Shown: positions 20,788 to 32,690, counted from the first letter of the stretch. The stretch: 64,000 nucleotides of DNA from an uncultured Acidobacteriota bacterium (GCA_963822445.1 CAWGHO010000001.1:960001-1024000), one strand, 5' to 3'. Program-made: numbers and translations. Notes: generated from the letters alone by a model not told the origin.

Positions 20788-22996
20788 CTACCGCTCCCGC
20801 TCCGCGATCGGTTTCCCGGCCACTTCCAGCAGGCGGAACTCGATCTGGTGCTTGTCCTCGTCGATCGACTCGACGCGGATGCGGACCTTGTCGCCGAGGC
20901 GCATCTCGCGATTCGAAGACTCGCCGCGCATGCGGTGCTCGCGATCGGCGTAGTGCCAGAAATCGCCGCCGATCGTGGCCACGGGCACCATCCCCTGCAC
21001 GAAGATTTCATCGAGCTCGACGAACAGGCCGAACGACGCGACGCCGGTGACGATGCCGGTGTACTCGTTGCCGACCTTGTCGCGCATGAAGATGACTTTC
21101 TTCCACTCCAGCACTTCGCGCTCCGCCTCTTCCGCGCGGCGTTCGCGATCGCTGGACTGCAGCGCGTACTGCGGATGCAGCCGCTCGATCTCCTCGCGGC
21201 GCTCGCCGTACAGCGCGCCGGTGGTGATCAGCTCGAAAAGCCGCCGGTGCACGATCAGATCGGGATAGCGGCGGATCGGCGACGTGAAGTGGCAGTAGTG
21301 CTCGAACGCGAGCGCGAAGTGTCCCGTGCTCTCCTCCGAGTAAAAGGCGCGCTTCATCGAGCGCAGGATGATGTTCGTGAGGAACCGCTCTTCCGGCGTT
21401 CCCGCGACTTCCTTCAGAACGCGCTGCAGCTCCGCGGGGCGGATCTCTTCGACGTTGCCGCGCAGCTTGAGCTTGAACTCTTTCAGGATCTCTTTCAGAT
21501 CCTCGAGCTTCTGCGCATCGGGCTGCTGGTGAACGCGATAGAGGCCGGGCTGATTCGCGAAGACGAGCTCGCGGGCGACAGTCTCGTTCGCGGCGAGCAT
21601 GAACTCTTCGATCAACCGGTGAGCAACGTTGCGCTCGGTGGCGCGGATGTTCTCGATCACCCCGCTCTCATCGAGCATGACCTCGGCTTCGGGAAGATCG
21701 AAGTCGATCGACCCGCGCTGCTCGCGGCGCGTGCGCAGGATCTCGTAGAGCTGATGCATCCGCTCGAAGTCTTCGAGGAGATAGCCGTAACGCTCTTCGA
21801 GCTCCGGCGTTCTCGCGGTGAGGATCGCGTTCACGTTCGTGTACGTCATCCGCTCGCGCGTCTGATCACCGATTTGTAGATCTTGTGATTGACGAACTTG
21901 CCGCGCGGATCGATCTCCATCTCGCAGGAGAAGGTCAGCCGGTCGACTTTCGGATTCAGCGAGCAGATGCCGTTCGACAGCCGCTCGGGCAGCATGGCGA
22001 TGGCGCGGCCCGGGAAGTAAACCGAAGTCGCACGCTCAAAGGCCTCCGCATTCAGCAAGCTCCCCTCGGTCACGTAATGCGAGACGTCGGCGATGTGCAC
22101 GCCGAGGAGGATAGTTGCCGTTCGGAAGGCGCTGCACTTCGACGGCGTCGTCGAAGTCCTTCGCCGTCTCGCCGTCGATGGTGACGATGTTCCGCTCGCG
22201 CAGATCGACGCGTTTCGCGATCTCCTCCGCGGAAACCTCCGTCGGGATCGCTTCCGCCTCCTCGCATCACGTCTTCGGGGAAGTGATGCGGGAATGTGAT
22301 GCTTGCGGATGACCACTTCGATGTCGACGCCGGGATCGCCGATGAATCCGAGGACCTCCACGACGCGACCGTGGGCGAACGGGCTGGAGCGATCGGGATA
22401 GCGATCGATTCCACGTTCACCATCTCGCCGTCGCGCGCGTCCATGCGTCGCGTCGTGATCGATGAGGATGTCGTTGTCGATGCGGATGTCGAAGGGGACG
22501 ACGTACGGATCGGGCTCGTGGACATGGAAGCGGCCGACCAGCGTGCGATGCGCGCGACGGAGGATCTGCGGATCACCTCGCCGTCGATGTACTCGCGCTC
22601 GCGGACCCGGCGGATCTTGGGATTGCGCTTGTCGACGCGGACGACGACGAGGTCGCCGTTCATCGCGCCCTTCATAGCCTTGCGCTCGATGTAGATGTCG
22701 GGGTTGCCCGGGCCGCCGAGGACGTTGCCGTGGCCGTCGTTGAAAACCTTGATCGTGCCGGCGTGATACGGCGTGAACTCGAGCAGCGAGTAGCGCTTGC
22801 CGCGCGATGGCGATGAGCACGCCGTCCTGCTCGAGATCCTCGACGGCGCGATCGACGTCATCCGCGTGACGTCAGGATCGTCGAGCCGCTCGTGGATCTC
22901 CTTCGAGCCGAGCAGACGGTTCCCGCGCTGGCGGAGAAGCTGGATGATCGCTTGATGGAGCTCGGGACGCTGCGGGACCGCGAGGGAGCGCGCCAA
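20788..22996 (-). pseudogene. rnr: Ribonuclease R, frameshifted as sequenced (probably sequencing error)
   Basis: Fragments in several frames: cold-shock domain (GAMNGDLVVVR), LGVHIADVSHYV, ERATSVYFPG..MLPERLSNGICSL, IEEFMLAAN, HFTSPIRRYPDLIVHR and a C-terminal S1 domain. Start is approximate. Confidence 0.9.
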
Positions 22997-23010
22997 ATGC
23001 CGCGACTCCG

Positions 23011-23323
23011 TCAGTCGCGGCGTGCGCGAGATCTTGCTCGGGCGGGTGGCCGGGGCGTGAGACCGCTTGTGCGAGACGCGGCGGCGCACCGGACGCACCG
23101 ACTCGGCGAACCCGTTCAGCATGGTCTGCGTGCGCAGCTTGTTGTGCAGCGTGTTGCGGTGAACGCCGAGCTTGCGCGAGGCCTGGGTGACGTTGCCCTT
23201 GCTGGCCGTCATGGCCGCGACGATGTACTTTCCCTCGAAAGCTTCGACCGCCTGCTCGAGTGTGATTCCGTTGCCGATCAATTCGCGAATGATGGCGTTC
23301 AAGCGATCGTCGATGCTTACCAT
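23011..23323 (-). CDS. Fis-type helix-turn-helix (HTH_8) protein
   Basis: FEGKYIVAAMTASKGNVTQASRKLGVHRNTLHNKL. Reads into rnr as sequenced; a TGA at 23011-23013 would be used after a 1-nt correction. Confidence 0.75.
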
Positions 23324-23371
23324 TTCTGTTGTAGACCTCAGTGGTGATGTCTGGAGGAAGCGAGGATTCTA

Positions 23372-25207
23372 CTACTCAAGATTCGAGAGACAGGAAGAAA
23401 AATTTTTCTCTTCGTCGTCATCGCGAACGCTTGACAAACGCAAGAAATTTGCATCGTGAGAGCAGTGATCAGACGTCACCAGAGCACCCACGAAAAGTGT
23501 CTTCGGACGATATGTCCAGACGATCTCGTGCTGCCCCTTCGTCACTTCCACGCCGCGGAAAATGTGTTCTACCACGAGCGGCTGTCGCGATTGCCCATCA
23601 ACCGTGACACTCCAACCCGGAGCGTGCTGCTGAGCGAGAATTACCACGCCATTTTGTGGCGCGTCGAACGTGATTCGCGCCGATCTCGTGGTCATTTCCC
23701 ACTTATTCGCGGCCACCGCGACGCCGTTCACCATCATGCGCGCCATCGGCCAGGCGTTGGGGTCGTAAAAGAGGTGGACGTGACCGGCGTGACCGATGCG
23801 CTGGAGGCCTGGCGGCATCGGAATCGAGCTCAGGATGTAACCCGCGGAGAGAAACCTCACCTTCTCCGGCGAGGGCGACTCCAGAACGCCGTGATGAAAG
23901 TGCAGATAGCGATCGGTGGAGAACGGCGCGGCGCTGTCGGCGTCGAAACGGCGGTCGTAGAGATTGAGATAGCCGGAGATCCAGGTCTCCCTGTCCGCGG
24001 GCGTGCGCTCGGCGACGCGCAGGAACTTCAGGTCCGCGCCGATGTTGCGCGGATACGGAACGATGTCGCTTCGGAACGGCGCTGCATCGAGCAGCGGGCG
24101 CATGCGCGGCAGCAGATCGACGATGACCAGCGCGATCAGAATCAGATCGAGCCATCGCTTGTTCGCGCGCAGCCGATCCCAGCCCGCTACAGCCAGTCCG
24201 GCGATGGCCAGCGCGCCGAGGGGGACGAGCCGCGCCGGGTAGCGGAAGAAGGTCAGCGGAAGCTGCGCGAGAAACGCCGGCCCGGAAGCGATGAACGCGG
24301 CGACCGCGAGCAGCACGACCCATCCGTAAACGTGCGGTTTCCTGATGGAGATCAAGCCGACCAGAGCGAGAGCCACGACGAGCATGCCCGTGTAGATGAC
24401 GGGGATGAAGTGCTGGCCGAGGTTGGGGTCGAATGCGCCGTCGGTGAAGGTTGGAGGAATGACGATGCGCAGCCAGTCGCGCCACGGCATCGAATCGCGC
24501 AGGATCAGCTCCGGCTTCATGCCCGCGAGGCGATCGCTTTCCTCCAGCGCTTCGAGAAAGGGAAAGAGCTGCACCGCGGCGAGTCCGGTCGCGCCAATCC
24601 CGGCAAGGATCGTCGTCTTGATCGAGCGCGCCGCGACGATCGCGAACATCACCGCGCCGACACCGGCGAAGAACGGCTCGCCCGCGAGAAACGACAGCGC
24701 CAGCACGATCGCGCCGCGCCGCCAGGCCCGTTCGGCCGCGCACCAGATCACCAGCGGCAGCCAGGCCAGCGTGGCCAGGTTGTTGTTGATGTCGAGCAGA
24801 GACAGCGTCGGCCCGCAGAACATCACCGCCGTCGCGCCGACGAGCGCCGCTCCCTGCGACGCCGTGCGCGCGAACAGCAGATACGCCGACCATCCGAGGA
24901 GCACCAGATGGCCGAGGAGGAAAAGCATGTACGCGGTCGCGAACGGCAGCACCAGAAAGATCCACGACGGCGGGTAGAAGATGCCGGTCTGCGGATTCGC
25001 GAGCCACGGCTCGCCGCTGGCGCTGTACGGATTCCAGAGCGGCAGGTGGCCCGCCTTCAGCTCCTGCGCCGTGAACCAGCGCAGCGGCTGGAAGTAATCG
25101 AAGTGATCGCGGACGGTGAAGACATGTTGCCGCAACAGCGGCGGCAGAAAGATGACCGTGGCGACGAGAACGACGAGGGCGAACGCGAAGCGATGCCTGC
25201 GAATCAT
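23372..25207 (-). CDS. YfhO-family / GT-C-fold membrane protein
   Basis: LPLWNPYSASGEPWLANPQTGIFYP; many TM helices; C-terminal PGWSVTVDG..FRGVEV..G.HEI...YRP. The 3' end may be frameshifted. Confidence 0.8.
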   Translation of the reverse strand: MIRRHRFAFALVVLVATVIFLPPLLRQHVFTVRDHFDYFQPLRWFTAQELKAGHLPLWNPYSASGEPWLANPQTGIFYPPSWIFLVLPFATAYMLFLLGHLVLLGWSAYLLFARTASQGAALVGATAVMFCGPTLSLLDINNNLATLAWLPLVIWCAAERAWRRGAIVLALSFLAGEPFFAGVGAVMFAIVAARSIKTTILAGIGATGLAAVQLFPFLEALEESDRLAGMKPELILRDSMPWRDWLRIVIPPTFTDGAFDPNLGQHFIPVIYTGMLVVALALVGLISIRKPHVYGWVVLLAVAAFIASGPAFLAQLPLTFFRYPARLVPLGALAIAGLAVAGWDRLRANKRWLDLILIALVIVDLLPRMRPLLDAAPFRSDIVPYPRNIGADLKFLRVAERTPADRETWISGYLNLYDRRFDADSAAPFSTDRYLHFHHGVLESPSPEKVRFLSAGYILSSIPMPPGLQRIGHAGHVHLFYDPNAWPMARMMVNGVAVAANKWEMTTRSARITFDAPQNGVVILAQQHAPGWSVTVDGQSRQPLVVEHIFRGVEVTKGQHEIVWTYRPKTLFVGALVTSDHCSHDANFLRLSSVRDDDEEKNFSSCLSNLE

Positions 25208-26608
25208 TTCGTCTCGCAGAATCTCCGCACGATGTCGCGCATCAGCATCACGCCGTCCGCGAAGAACGCCGCGCGGATCCGCTCGTCGGTGCTGTGGATG
25301 CTGTCCGCGTCGTAGTAGTTGATCTTGAACGGCAGCAGGCCGTAGGTGGTGATGCCTTTCGCGCGGAAGTAGCGGCTGTCGCTCGCACCGGGCGTCACTG
25401 TCGGCGCGACGTTCGATCCCGGCTCCGCATCACGCAACGCGCTTGCGATCGTGTCGTACAACTCGCCCGACGCCGGACTTTCCGGCGAAGGCTCGCCGGC
25501 GTGAATGATTTCGACGGTGGCATTGCCGCCGGCGGCATCGCGAACGCGCTGGAGCATCGGCCCGGTCTGCGAGTCGGGCAACAGGCGGATGTCGACTTCG
25601 GCCATCGCCTTGACCGGCACGGCATTCACGGCGTTGCCCGCTTCGAGCCGGGTGATGGTGATGGTGTCGTGCAGAAGGTTGCGAATCGAAGCCGGGACTT
25701 CTTTCTCGATGCGCGCGACGTCGAAGGGCTCGCGCACGATGCGAAGGCGCTCCCCTTTCGGCCCCGGCCTGATCGCGCCTGCTGCGGCAACCGCGCGGGC
25801 GACGCTCGGCGTCAGGCGATACGGCGTTTCGAGTTGATCAATCGCCGCCAGCGCACGCACCAGCTTCGCCGGCGCTCCCCCACCCTTCGGCGGTCCGGCT
25901 CCATGTCCGCCCGCGGCATCGGCAGTCAATCGCAGCCAGAGCGGCACTTTCTGATGGACCTCGATGCCCCAGTGGAGCACGTGATCGACGGCGGTCTCGT
26001 TCGCACCGCCTTCGTTGATCGCCGCATCCGGCGCCGGTGAAGAGCTCCGGATATTTTTCGAGGAAGAGTTTTGCGCCGAGGACGCCGCCCAGCTCTTCAT
26101 CCGGCACAGCCAGAAAAATCACATCGCGTTTCAACTTCGCGCCGCGGCGCTTGAGATCGATGAGGGTCATCATCTCGGCGATGGTCAGCGACTTCGTGTC
26201 GAGCGCGCCCCGTCCCCAGATGTAGCCGCCGGAGCGCGCGCCGCTGAACGGCGGCTGCGTCCATACCGCCGCATCCGCGGGAACGACGTCGATGTGACTG
26301 AGCAGCACCAGGGCCTTCTCGTTCGATTTCGGATTCGCTTCGAGCCGCGCGTACACGCCCTGCCGTTTCGGATCGTCACCGACGAGCCGCGCGGCGATGC
26401 CGTCTTTGGTCAGGTAGTCGCGAAGGAAGATCGCGCCGGCGGTCTCGTTGCCAGGCGGGTTGGTGGTGTCGATCCGGATGAACGCGACCAGCGCTTCTTC
26501 TGCCTCGCGCGCGAGCGGATCGCGCGATTCACCGCCGGCCTTGCGGCAGTGAAGCGAGGAAATGAAAAGGAAAAGCGCGAGCAGGACCAGTGTTGCGCGC
26601 GCGCCCAA
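25204..26608 (-). pseudogene. Secreted M20/M25/M40 metallo-hydrolase with one frameshift near 26030
   Basis: N-terminal part has DTTNPPGNE, LSHIDVVP, WGRGALDTK and PDEELGG; C-terminal part in another frame has INEGG, GASDSRYFR and IHSTDERI. Confidence 0.85.
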
Positions 26609-26611
26609 GCG

Positions 26612-27220
26612 TCAACCAGCGACCGGCTGCGGGATCGTGAGCTGCACCGCCGGCGCCTCTTCGGGCGCGGCGTGGTAACTCTCGAAGCAAGCGCGACAGC
26701 GCGCCTCATATGACGAGTCGCCCACTTCCACCTGCGCGTTGCTGCCCGAGACGCGCTGCGAGTAATGCGCGGCAGCGCGGCACCGCACGCACACCGCATG
26801 CATCTTCGACACTTCCTCGGCTACCGCGAGCAGGGCCGGCATCGGCCCGAACGGACGGCGCATGAAATCCTGATCGAGCCCGGCGGCGATCACGCGAATG
26901 CCGGCGTCCGCGAGCTGCATGCAGACGTCGACGACACCGGCGTCGAAGAACTGGATCTCATCGATGCCGATGACCTGCACGCCGATCTCGATGCGGGCGA
27001 GCATCTCCGCGCTCGTGCCGACGGGAATGGCCTTGAGGCGCCGCTCATCGCGCGAAACGACTTCGTCGGTTGCGAAACGGTCGTCGATGATCGGCTTGAA
27101 CACCTGGACCCGCTGGCGTGCAATGACCGCGCGCCGCAGCCTGCGAATCAGTTCTTCCGATTTTCCGGAAAACATCCCTCCGGCAATGATTTCAATCCAG
27201 CCGCCGCGATGACCGTCCAA
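26612..27220 (-). CDS. tdk: Thymidine kinase
   Basis: GGMFSGKSEELIRR, FKP.ID.R, IGIDEIQFF, AGLDQDF and Zn motif C..C / YEARCRAC. Confidence 0.96.
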   Translation of the reverse strand: MDGHRGGWIEIIAGGMFSGKSEELIRRLRRAVIARQRVQVFKPIIDDRFATDEVVSRDERRLKAIPVGTSAEMLARIEIGVQVIGIDEIQFFDAGVVDVCMQLADAGIRVIAAGLDQDFMRRPFGPMPALLAVAEEVSKMHAVCVRCRAAAHYSQRVSGSNAQVEVGDSSYEARCRACFESYHAAPEEAPAVQLTIPQPVAG

Positions 27221-27264
27221 GGATCAGGACCTCCGAGTGAATTGCGCGACAGAATAACAGGCCG

Positions 27265-28448
27265 TCAGGCGAAGACGCGCGCCAACTTTTCCATCCCCTC
27301 CCGAATCCTCTCATCACTCTCTTTTGCGAAGGTCAGGCGCATCGTGTTGCGGCCGCTTCCGTCAACGAAAAAGGGCGCGCCGGGGATGTAGGCGACGCCG
27401 TTTGCGACCGCGGTTTCGATGCGCGCGGCGGTGTCGAGGTCCTCGTTGAACGTCACGAAGGTGAACAGCCCGCCATCCGCCGATGTCCATCGTGCGCGGC
27501 CGGTGAAGTGGCGCTCGAGCGCCTCGATCATCGTCCCGCGTTTGCCGCGGTAGAACGCGCGGACCTTTTCGATCTGCGGAGCGAGCTCGCCGCGGGCGAC
27601 GAGCTCGTCGACGATCGACTGGTCGAGCATTCCCGAGCAGAGATCGGCGGCCTGTTTGGCGATCTCGAGCTTTTCCAGCAGCGCTTTCGGCCCGACGATC
27701 CAGCCGCAGCGCAGTCCCGGCGCGAGCACTTTCGAGAACGAGCCGAGGTAGAGCACGCGGCCGGACGCATCGCGCGATTTCATCGCGGTGGTGTCGGCGC
27801 CGTCGACGTACACCAGCTCGCCGTATGGATCGTCTTCGATGACCAGGAAATCGTGTTTCTCGGCGATTTCCAGCACTTCCGCGCGGCGGGCCTGCGTCAT
27901 CAACCTGCCCGAAGGGTTCTGAAAATTGGGAATGGTGTAGAGCAGCTTGATGCGCCGCTTTGATGCAACTTCCCGCAGCGATGCGGGCACGATTCCCTCG
28001 TCGTCCTGCGCAACGCCCACCAACTCGGCACTGCGCGCGAAGAACGACGCCGACCCGCCGATGTACGTCGGTAGCTCCACGGCAACCACGTCGCCCTCAT
28101 CGAGCAGCGGTGTGGGCGATGAGATCGAGCGCCTGCTGCGAGCCGGTCGTGGTCAGCACATCGCCGCCATCGCACGTCGATTCGCGCGATCGCGACAGAT
28201 CGCCGCGATGGAATGCGCAGAGCCGCGGCAGCCCGCGCGTCGGGCCGTACTGCAGCGTCACCGACCGCCGCTCGCGAATCAGTTTCGCCGCAACTTCCGC
28301 GATCCGACTCCGCCGGAAACGTGTCCGGATTCGGCACGCCGCCGGCGAAGGAAATGATGTTCGGATCGTTGATCAGTTTCGCGAACGCGCGGATGGCCGA
28401 GGGGCGGAAGCTGTGGGCGTCGCGCGAGAGGAAGGCGTCGTACGTCAT
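27265..28448 (-). pseudogene. PLP-dependent aminotransferase class I (LysN/MocR-like), frameshifted at about 28090-28310
   Basis: N-terminal SAIRAFAK...ISFAGGVPNP; C-terminal PNFQNPSG, IEDDPYGEL and GSFSKVLAPGLRCGW. Confidence 0.88.
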
Positions 28449-29462
28449 GGTCCGGTGTGGTGTAGGCCTCCGGCCTGCCCTCGGTCCCGAAAAGGCAGGC
28501 CGGAGGCCTGCACCACACCATCTAAAGCAATCGCGGCGTACGACGCGGCAAACCACGTCCCCAGCGCGGCGGAGAACGCGGAGTTGAGGAGCGACCCCGC
28601 CAGCCGGAGCGGCAGCATCATCACGATGAGCGTGTTCTGGCCGCTGCCGAATGCCTCGCCGAGGCCGGCGAAGAACGAGAACGACGCGAAGAAGGCCGAG
28701 CCGGCCATGGCCACGACGAAGATGGCGATGGCGGCGAGCACGTGGCGTCCGAGGTCCGCGCGGATCTCACTCGACGCGGATGCTGTTGCTTCGCGCGCGC
28801 CGCTGTCGCGCATCGCCCAGTCGACGATGGCCCGGTTGCACCAGATCGCGGCGACGATGGTCACGATCACCGCCAGAAACATCGTCACCAGCAGGCCGAG
28901 ACAGCCCGCCAGCACGGCCACGCCTTCCTGCGCGCGGAAGATGAGCATCAGCGCGATCGTCGGAATCAGAGGAATGAGCAGGATCAGACAGGCGACGCCC
29001 CAGATGATGTTGTAGATCCAGAAGACGGTCCACCAGCCGTCCTTCGCGGCGGTCAACCAGCGCTCGAGCGAGAAGCGCGCGATAGCGGCCGCGATCTCCG
29101 GCAAGCGCCGGACCGGCCTTGCGATCGGCATCGACGAGCACGCGCACACATCCCGCCTCGACGAATGCGTGAATGAGGATGAAGACGAGCAGCATGACCG
29201 TGATGCCGAGGAAGACCCAGAGCAGCAGCACCCACTTCCCCGCCAGGAGGACCAGCGCCTGCTCGATCTCCTCCGGCGCGTTGATGCTGGCCGCGCTGAG
29301 GCCGAGCGAAACGGCGATGGGCGCGATGAGGATCACGATCACCGCGCCGATGCCGATGGCCATGAACAGGATCGCTTCGAGAAAACGGATCAGCGAGACC
29401 TGCCAGTTGGCGATGGTGTTGTCGAGACCGCGGCGGAGGACGTCGAAAATGCCGCGCTTCAC
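28445..29462 (-). pseudogene. Polytopic membrane protein of unknown function, frameshifted near 29100
   Basis: GTG start VKRGIFDVLRRGLDNT overlaps the upstream stop; hydrophobic segments continue in a second frame that ends in an ATGA overlap with the aminotransferase. Confidence 0.65.
28454..28519. repeat. REP-like palindrome, copy 1 (26-bp arms)
   Basis: GGTGTGGTGTAGGCCTCCGGCCTGCC, 14-nt loop, GGCAGGCCGGAGGCCTGCACCACACC; second copy at 54968-55028. Confidence 0.85.
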
Positions 29463-30181
29463 AACGTGTTCCGCCGATGATCGGTCGCGCCCGCGAACTC
29501 GATCCGCTCGGCCATCTCCGCGAGCCGGCTCCTCAGGCGCGTGCCGATGCGCTGCTCGAGCGTCTCTTCCTTCGCGTCCGCGGAGCGGTCGTAGTAATTC
29601 GTGGTGAAGATCGTGGCCAGCTCGGAGTTGTACCGCGTGTTGATCACGTAATAAAGGATGTCCTGCACGAACGTGGTCGGCTTCTGCGACCCGAGCTCGT
29701 CGAGGACGAGCAGGTCGACCTCGAGCAGCGGCCGCATGAGCTCGGACTTGCTCGGCACCTGATCGGAGTCGAAGGAAGCCTGGATCTCCTGAATCAGATC
29801 CTGGAAGTTCGAGAAGAGGACGCGTCCGGGCTTGCCGCTGTTGACGATGTCGATCAGCGCGGCTACGGCCAGATGGGTCTTGCCGACGCCGCATCCGCCC
29901 ATCAGCAGCAGGCCCTTGCCTTCCTGCGTGTTCGGCCAGAGATCGACGAACTCCTGCACGCGCCGCTTCGCATTTTTCAGCACCGTCGATTTCTCGCGGA
30001 ACGTGTCCAGCGTGCAGTGCGCGTAGCGCTTCGGAATCATCGACGCGGCGATCCTCTGCTGTCGTCGCAGATCGCCCTGGCAACCACACGCCTCCACTCT
30101 CAGCGAGTCGCCGGGGAGCGGGATCCAGCCGGTCCCGTTGCAGCGGGGACAGGTCGCGGGCGGGGCGGAAGCAATGCGCAT
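29459..30181 (-). CDS. DnaC/IstB-like AAA+ ATP-binding protein
   Basis: N-terminal CPRCNGTGW...CGC; Walker A GGCGVGKT; Walker B LLVLDELG; YYVINTRY..ATIFTTN; RLRSRL. Confidence 0.88.
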   Translation of the reverse strand: MRIASAPPATCPRCNGTGWIPLPGDSLRVEACGCQGDLRRQQRIAASMIPKRYAHCTLDTFREKSTVLKNAKRRVQEFVDLWPNTQEGKGLLLMGGCGVGKTHLAVAALIDIVNSGKPGRVLFSNFQDLIQEIQASFDSDQVPSKSELMRPLLEVDLLVLDELGSQKPTTFVQDILYYVINTRYNSELATIFTTNYYDRSADAKEETLEQRIGTRLRSRLAEMAERIEFAGATDHRRNTL

Positions 30182-30184
30182 GGG

Positions 30185-30305
30185 AGTCGTTAGTGGTTAG
30201 TCGTTAGTCGTTAGTAGAACCGGAGCTAACCGGAGCAAGAGTACAGCACTCGGGACCCGCGCGCCGCCTCTACTACTAACGACTAACCACTAACGACTAA
30301 CGACT
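30185..30305. repeat. Inverted arrays of 7-nt units, (AGTSGTT)x4 ... (AACSACT)x4, in a divergent promoter region
   Basis: agtcgtt agtggtt agtcgtt agtcgtt at 30185-30212 and aacgact aaccact aacgact aacgact at 30278-30305; the spacer holds AACCGGAGC twice. Confidence 0.9.
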
Positions 30306-30341
30306 CGACTGTCTATACTTCCCCCTCACTACACCCGGCCA

Positions 30342-32686
30342 ATGCTGCCCCTCATCTCCTATCTCGCACAACGCGCCGACAGCGCGACGTTCCTGCTTCC
30401 GAACGATCTGGAGCGGACGCTGCGAGAGCTGTTTACGCGGCCGGAAACGATGCTTCCGCAGCCGTACAAGATTTTCCCGGCCGACGAGACCCAGCCGCCC
30501 TCGCTCGGCTTTCCGGTCGCCGAGTCGGCGGTGATGAAGGACCTCGAGCAGAAGCTCGACCGCTGGCTGGCCGAGGAGATTCCGTGGCAGGTCAACCGCG
30601 CCACGAACAAGGAAAAGGCCCAGGCCGCGTTCACGGTCTACATCACCCAGCTGATGAAGGCCGCCGAGAACGCGCTGCTGTCGAATCTCGTCGGCGACTA
30701 CTTCGCCATCTTCTGGCTCGCCCACTCCTTCGATCTGGCGAAGCAGTTCAGCTCGAATTCCGCGGCGCATCAACGCCGTCGACGCGCAGGCGGGCAAGGC
30801 CCTCGGCGAAACGCTCAAGTACCGCATCTTCGGCCGCTGGGTCAGCGAGACCCGCGAGCAGATGTCGCAGGTCGCCTCGAAAGCGGCGTCGCTCCTCGAA
30901 GGCGAGGAGCAGCGCGCGCTGCAGTTCTTCCGTCTGCTGCAGGACGACGTGCTGATCCTGACCGAGGAGTTCGTCGGTCCCGATCTGCGCGAGCTGCGCA
31001 GCTTCGTGACCGGCTACCTGCGCCGCGATTTCCAGAGCTTCCGCGATTCCGTGGAGAAACTGCGAATCACCGCCGCGGACCTGCTGCAGAAAGAGCGCAC
31101 GTTTCGCGCGTCCTTGCCGCTGTTCGGCGTGAATCCCGATCAGGGCATCACCCTCGCGTTGCTGCTCGATCCCCGCTTCGAAGCGTTCCTCTTCGATCAC
31201 CCGGCTGTGCAGAACGCGATCACCCGCGAAGACCGTGAGCAGCTGCATCTCATCGCCCGGCGCATCCGGGAGTTCGCGGTCCTCAATCAACTGCGGCGCG
31301 CCATCGTCTGGACGGCGACGCTTCCCGATGGCCAGGTCGTCTCGGCGGACCGGCGAAGCGGCGCGGCGTTCTCGCGCTCGACGCGGCCGCTCGACTTCGG
31401 CAGGCCCGGCGTGGTCGATCCGATGGTTCACCGCTTCGGGATGATCTACGACATCTCCAAGTTCTCGGAGACCCTCGGCAACATCCGCCGCGGCGGCGAG
31501 AAAGAGGAGATCAAGCTCGTACCGGCAGATGCTGATGTTCCAGCGCAAGCTGGACGCGATCGCCGAGCGACACCTGCTCCAGTTCGAGAAGTTCCTCGGC
31601 GACGGCGCGTTCTACACGACGCGCCGCGCGCTCCGTCTCGTTCGCGCGGCGGTCGAGATCCAGCGCTTTTACGCGGAGATGAAGCGCAAAGGCTTCGCGT
31701 TCAACAAAGGTCTGCGCATCGCCCTGAACTACGGCTACTACCGACTGCTGCCGATGCGGACCTCGCTCGATTCGAACGAGAAGATCACCGAGTTTTACGG
31801 CCCGGGAATCGTCGAGCTGTCGCGACTGACGACGGGAAAGGCGAACAAGGAGATCGAAGAGATCGCGACCTTCCTCGTCTCGCACGGCTTCGATCAGACC
31901 AAGGTGCAGACGTTTTTCGCGCCGCTGGCGCAGGGCGTGGACATGATCGATCGCGCCCAGCACGCGCGCGAGTACTACGCGTATCTCGACGGCAACGGGC
32001 ATCTCGTCAACGAAGGCATCGTGGCCTCTCTGCCGCTGCTGCAGGAGCTCTCCGCGGAGCTTTCCCACGAAGCGCAGCAGCTCTACCGGATCCGCTCGCC
32101 GTTCGGCGCGTACGTCGGCTTCGCGCCGGCGATCAAAGACATCGACTACATCGGCGTGCGCCACCTGGGCATGGTGCAGCTCAAGGGGCTGGACAACATC
32201 GAGGTCGGCGAGATCGTGCCGTTCGGGCAGGGCGAGGCGGAGGAAGTCGTCCCCCTCGATCCGCAGGAGTCGTTCGTAACTCTGCTGCGCCAGGACTTCC
32301 ACATCCGCAAGGAAACCTCGGGCGCCTATCGCGCGGTCACGCCGGCATTCGACACGACCACCGAGCACCTGCTGGTGAACGAGATCGTGATCTGCGTGAA
32401 GACGATGTCGAGCGATACCGACGATGAGGTCCTGATCGGCGAATGGGACCCGCGCTCGGACGATGTCAAGCGCCCCCTGCGCCTGCCCCGCGGCGACTTC
32501 CAGCGCCTGTTCTCGCTGAAAGGCGAGCTCAGCGCGGAAGTGCTCGACGAGAAGAAGGACAGCGTTCGGGAGATGTACGAGCGCCTGTCCCTGAAAACCC
32601 TTGCCCCCGCCACCGCTCTCGCCCCTTATCGCGAAGACGCCGAATACGAGGCGTACGTGCTGGGGGCGGTGGTGGAGAAGCTGTAA
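30342..32686 (+). pseudogene. Large protein with a divergent class III nucleotidyl-cyclase-like domain, split by two frameshifts (about 30760 and 31515)
   Basis: ORFs 30342, 30862 and 31529 join into one coding run; motifs GMIYDISKFS, EKFLGDG, LRIALNYG, FYGPGIVELSRL and VQLKG. Confidence 0.6.
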
Positions 32687-32690
32687 AGGA

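Noticed and set aside
22070-23323. Fis-RNase R fusion protein
   Set aside because: It lies in the indel-rich segment, and a 1-nt correction gives a separate Fis-like gene ending at 23011.
29459-30181. IstB of an IS21 element or a prophage replication gene
   Set aside because: No istA, integrase or phage genes nearby, and it overlaps a run of host genes.
12412-30305. Short-repeat arrays as CRISPR arrays, and the nuclease-DinG gene as Cas4 or type IV Cas
   Set aside because: Units are 7-8 nt with no unique spacers and no cas genes are present; the fusion fits an ordinary repair helicase family.
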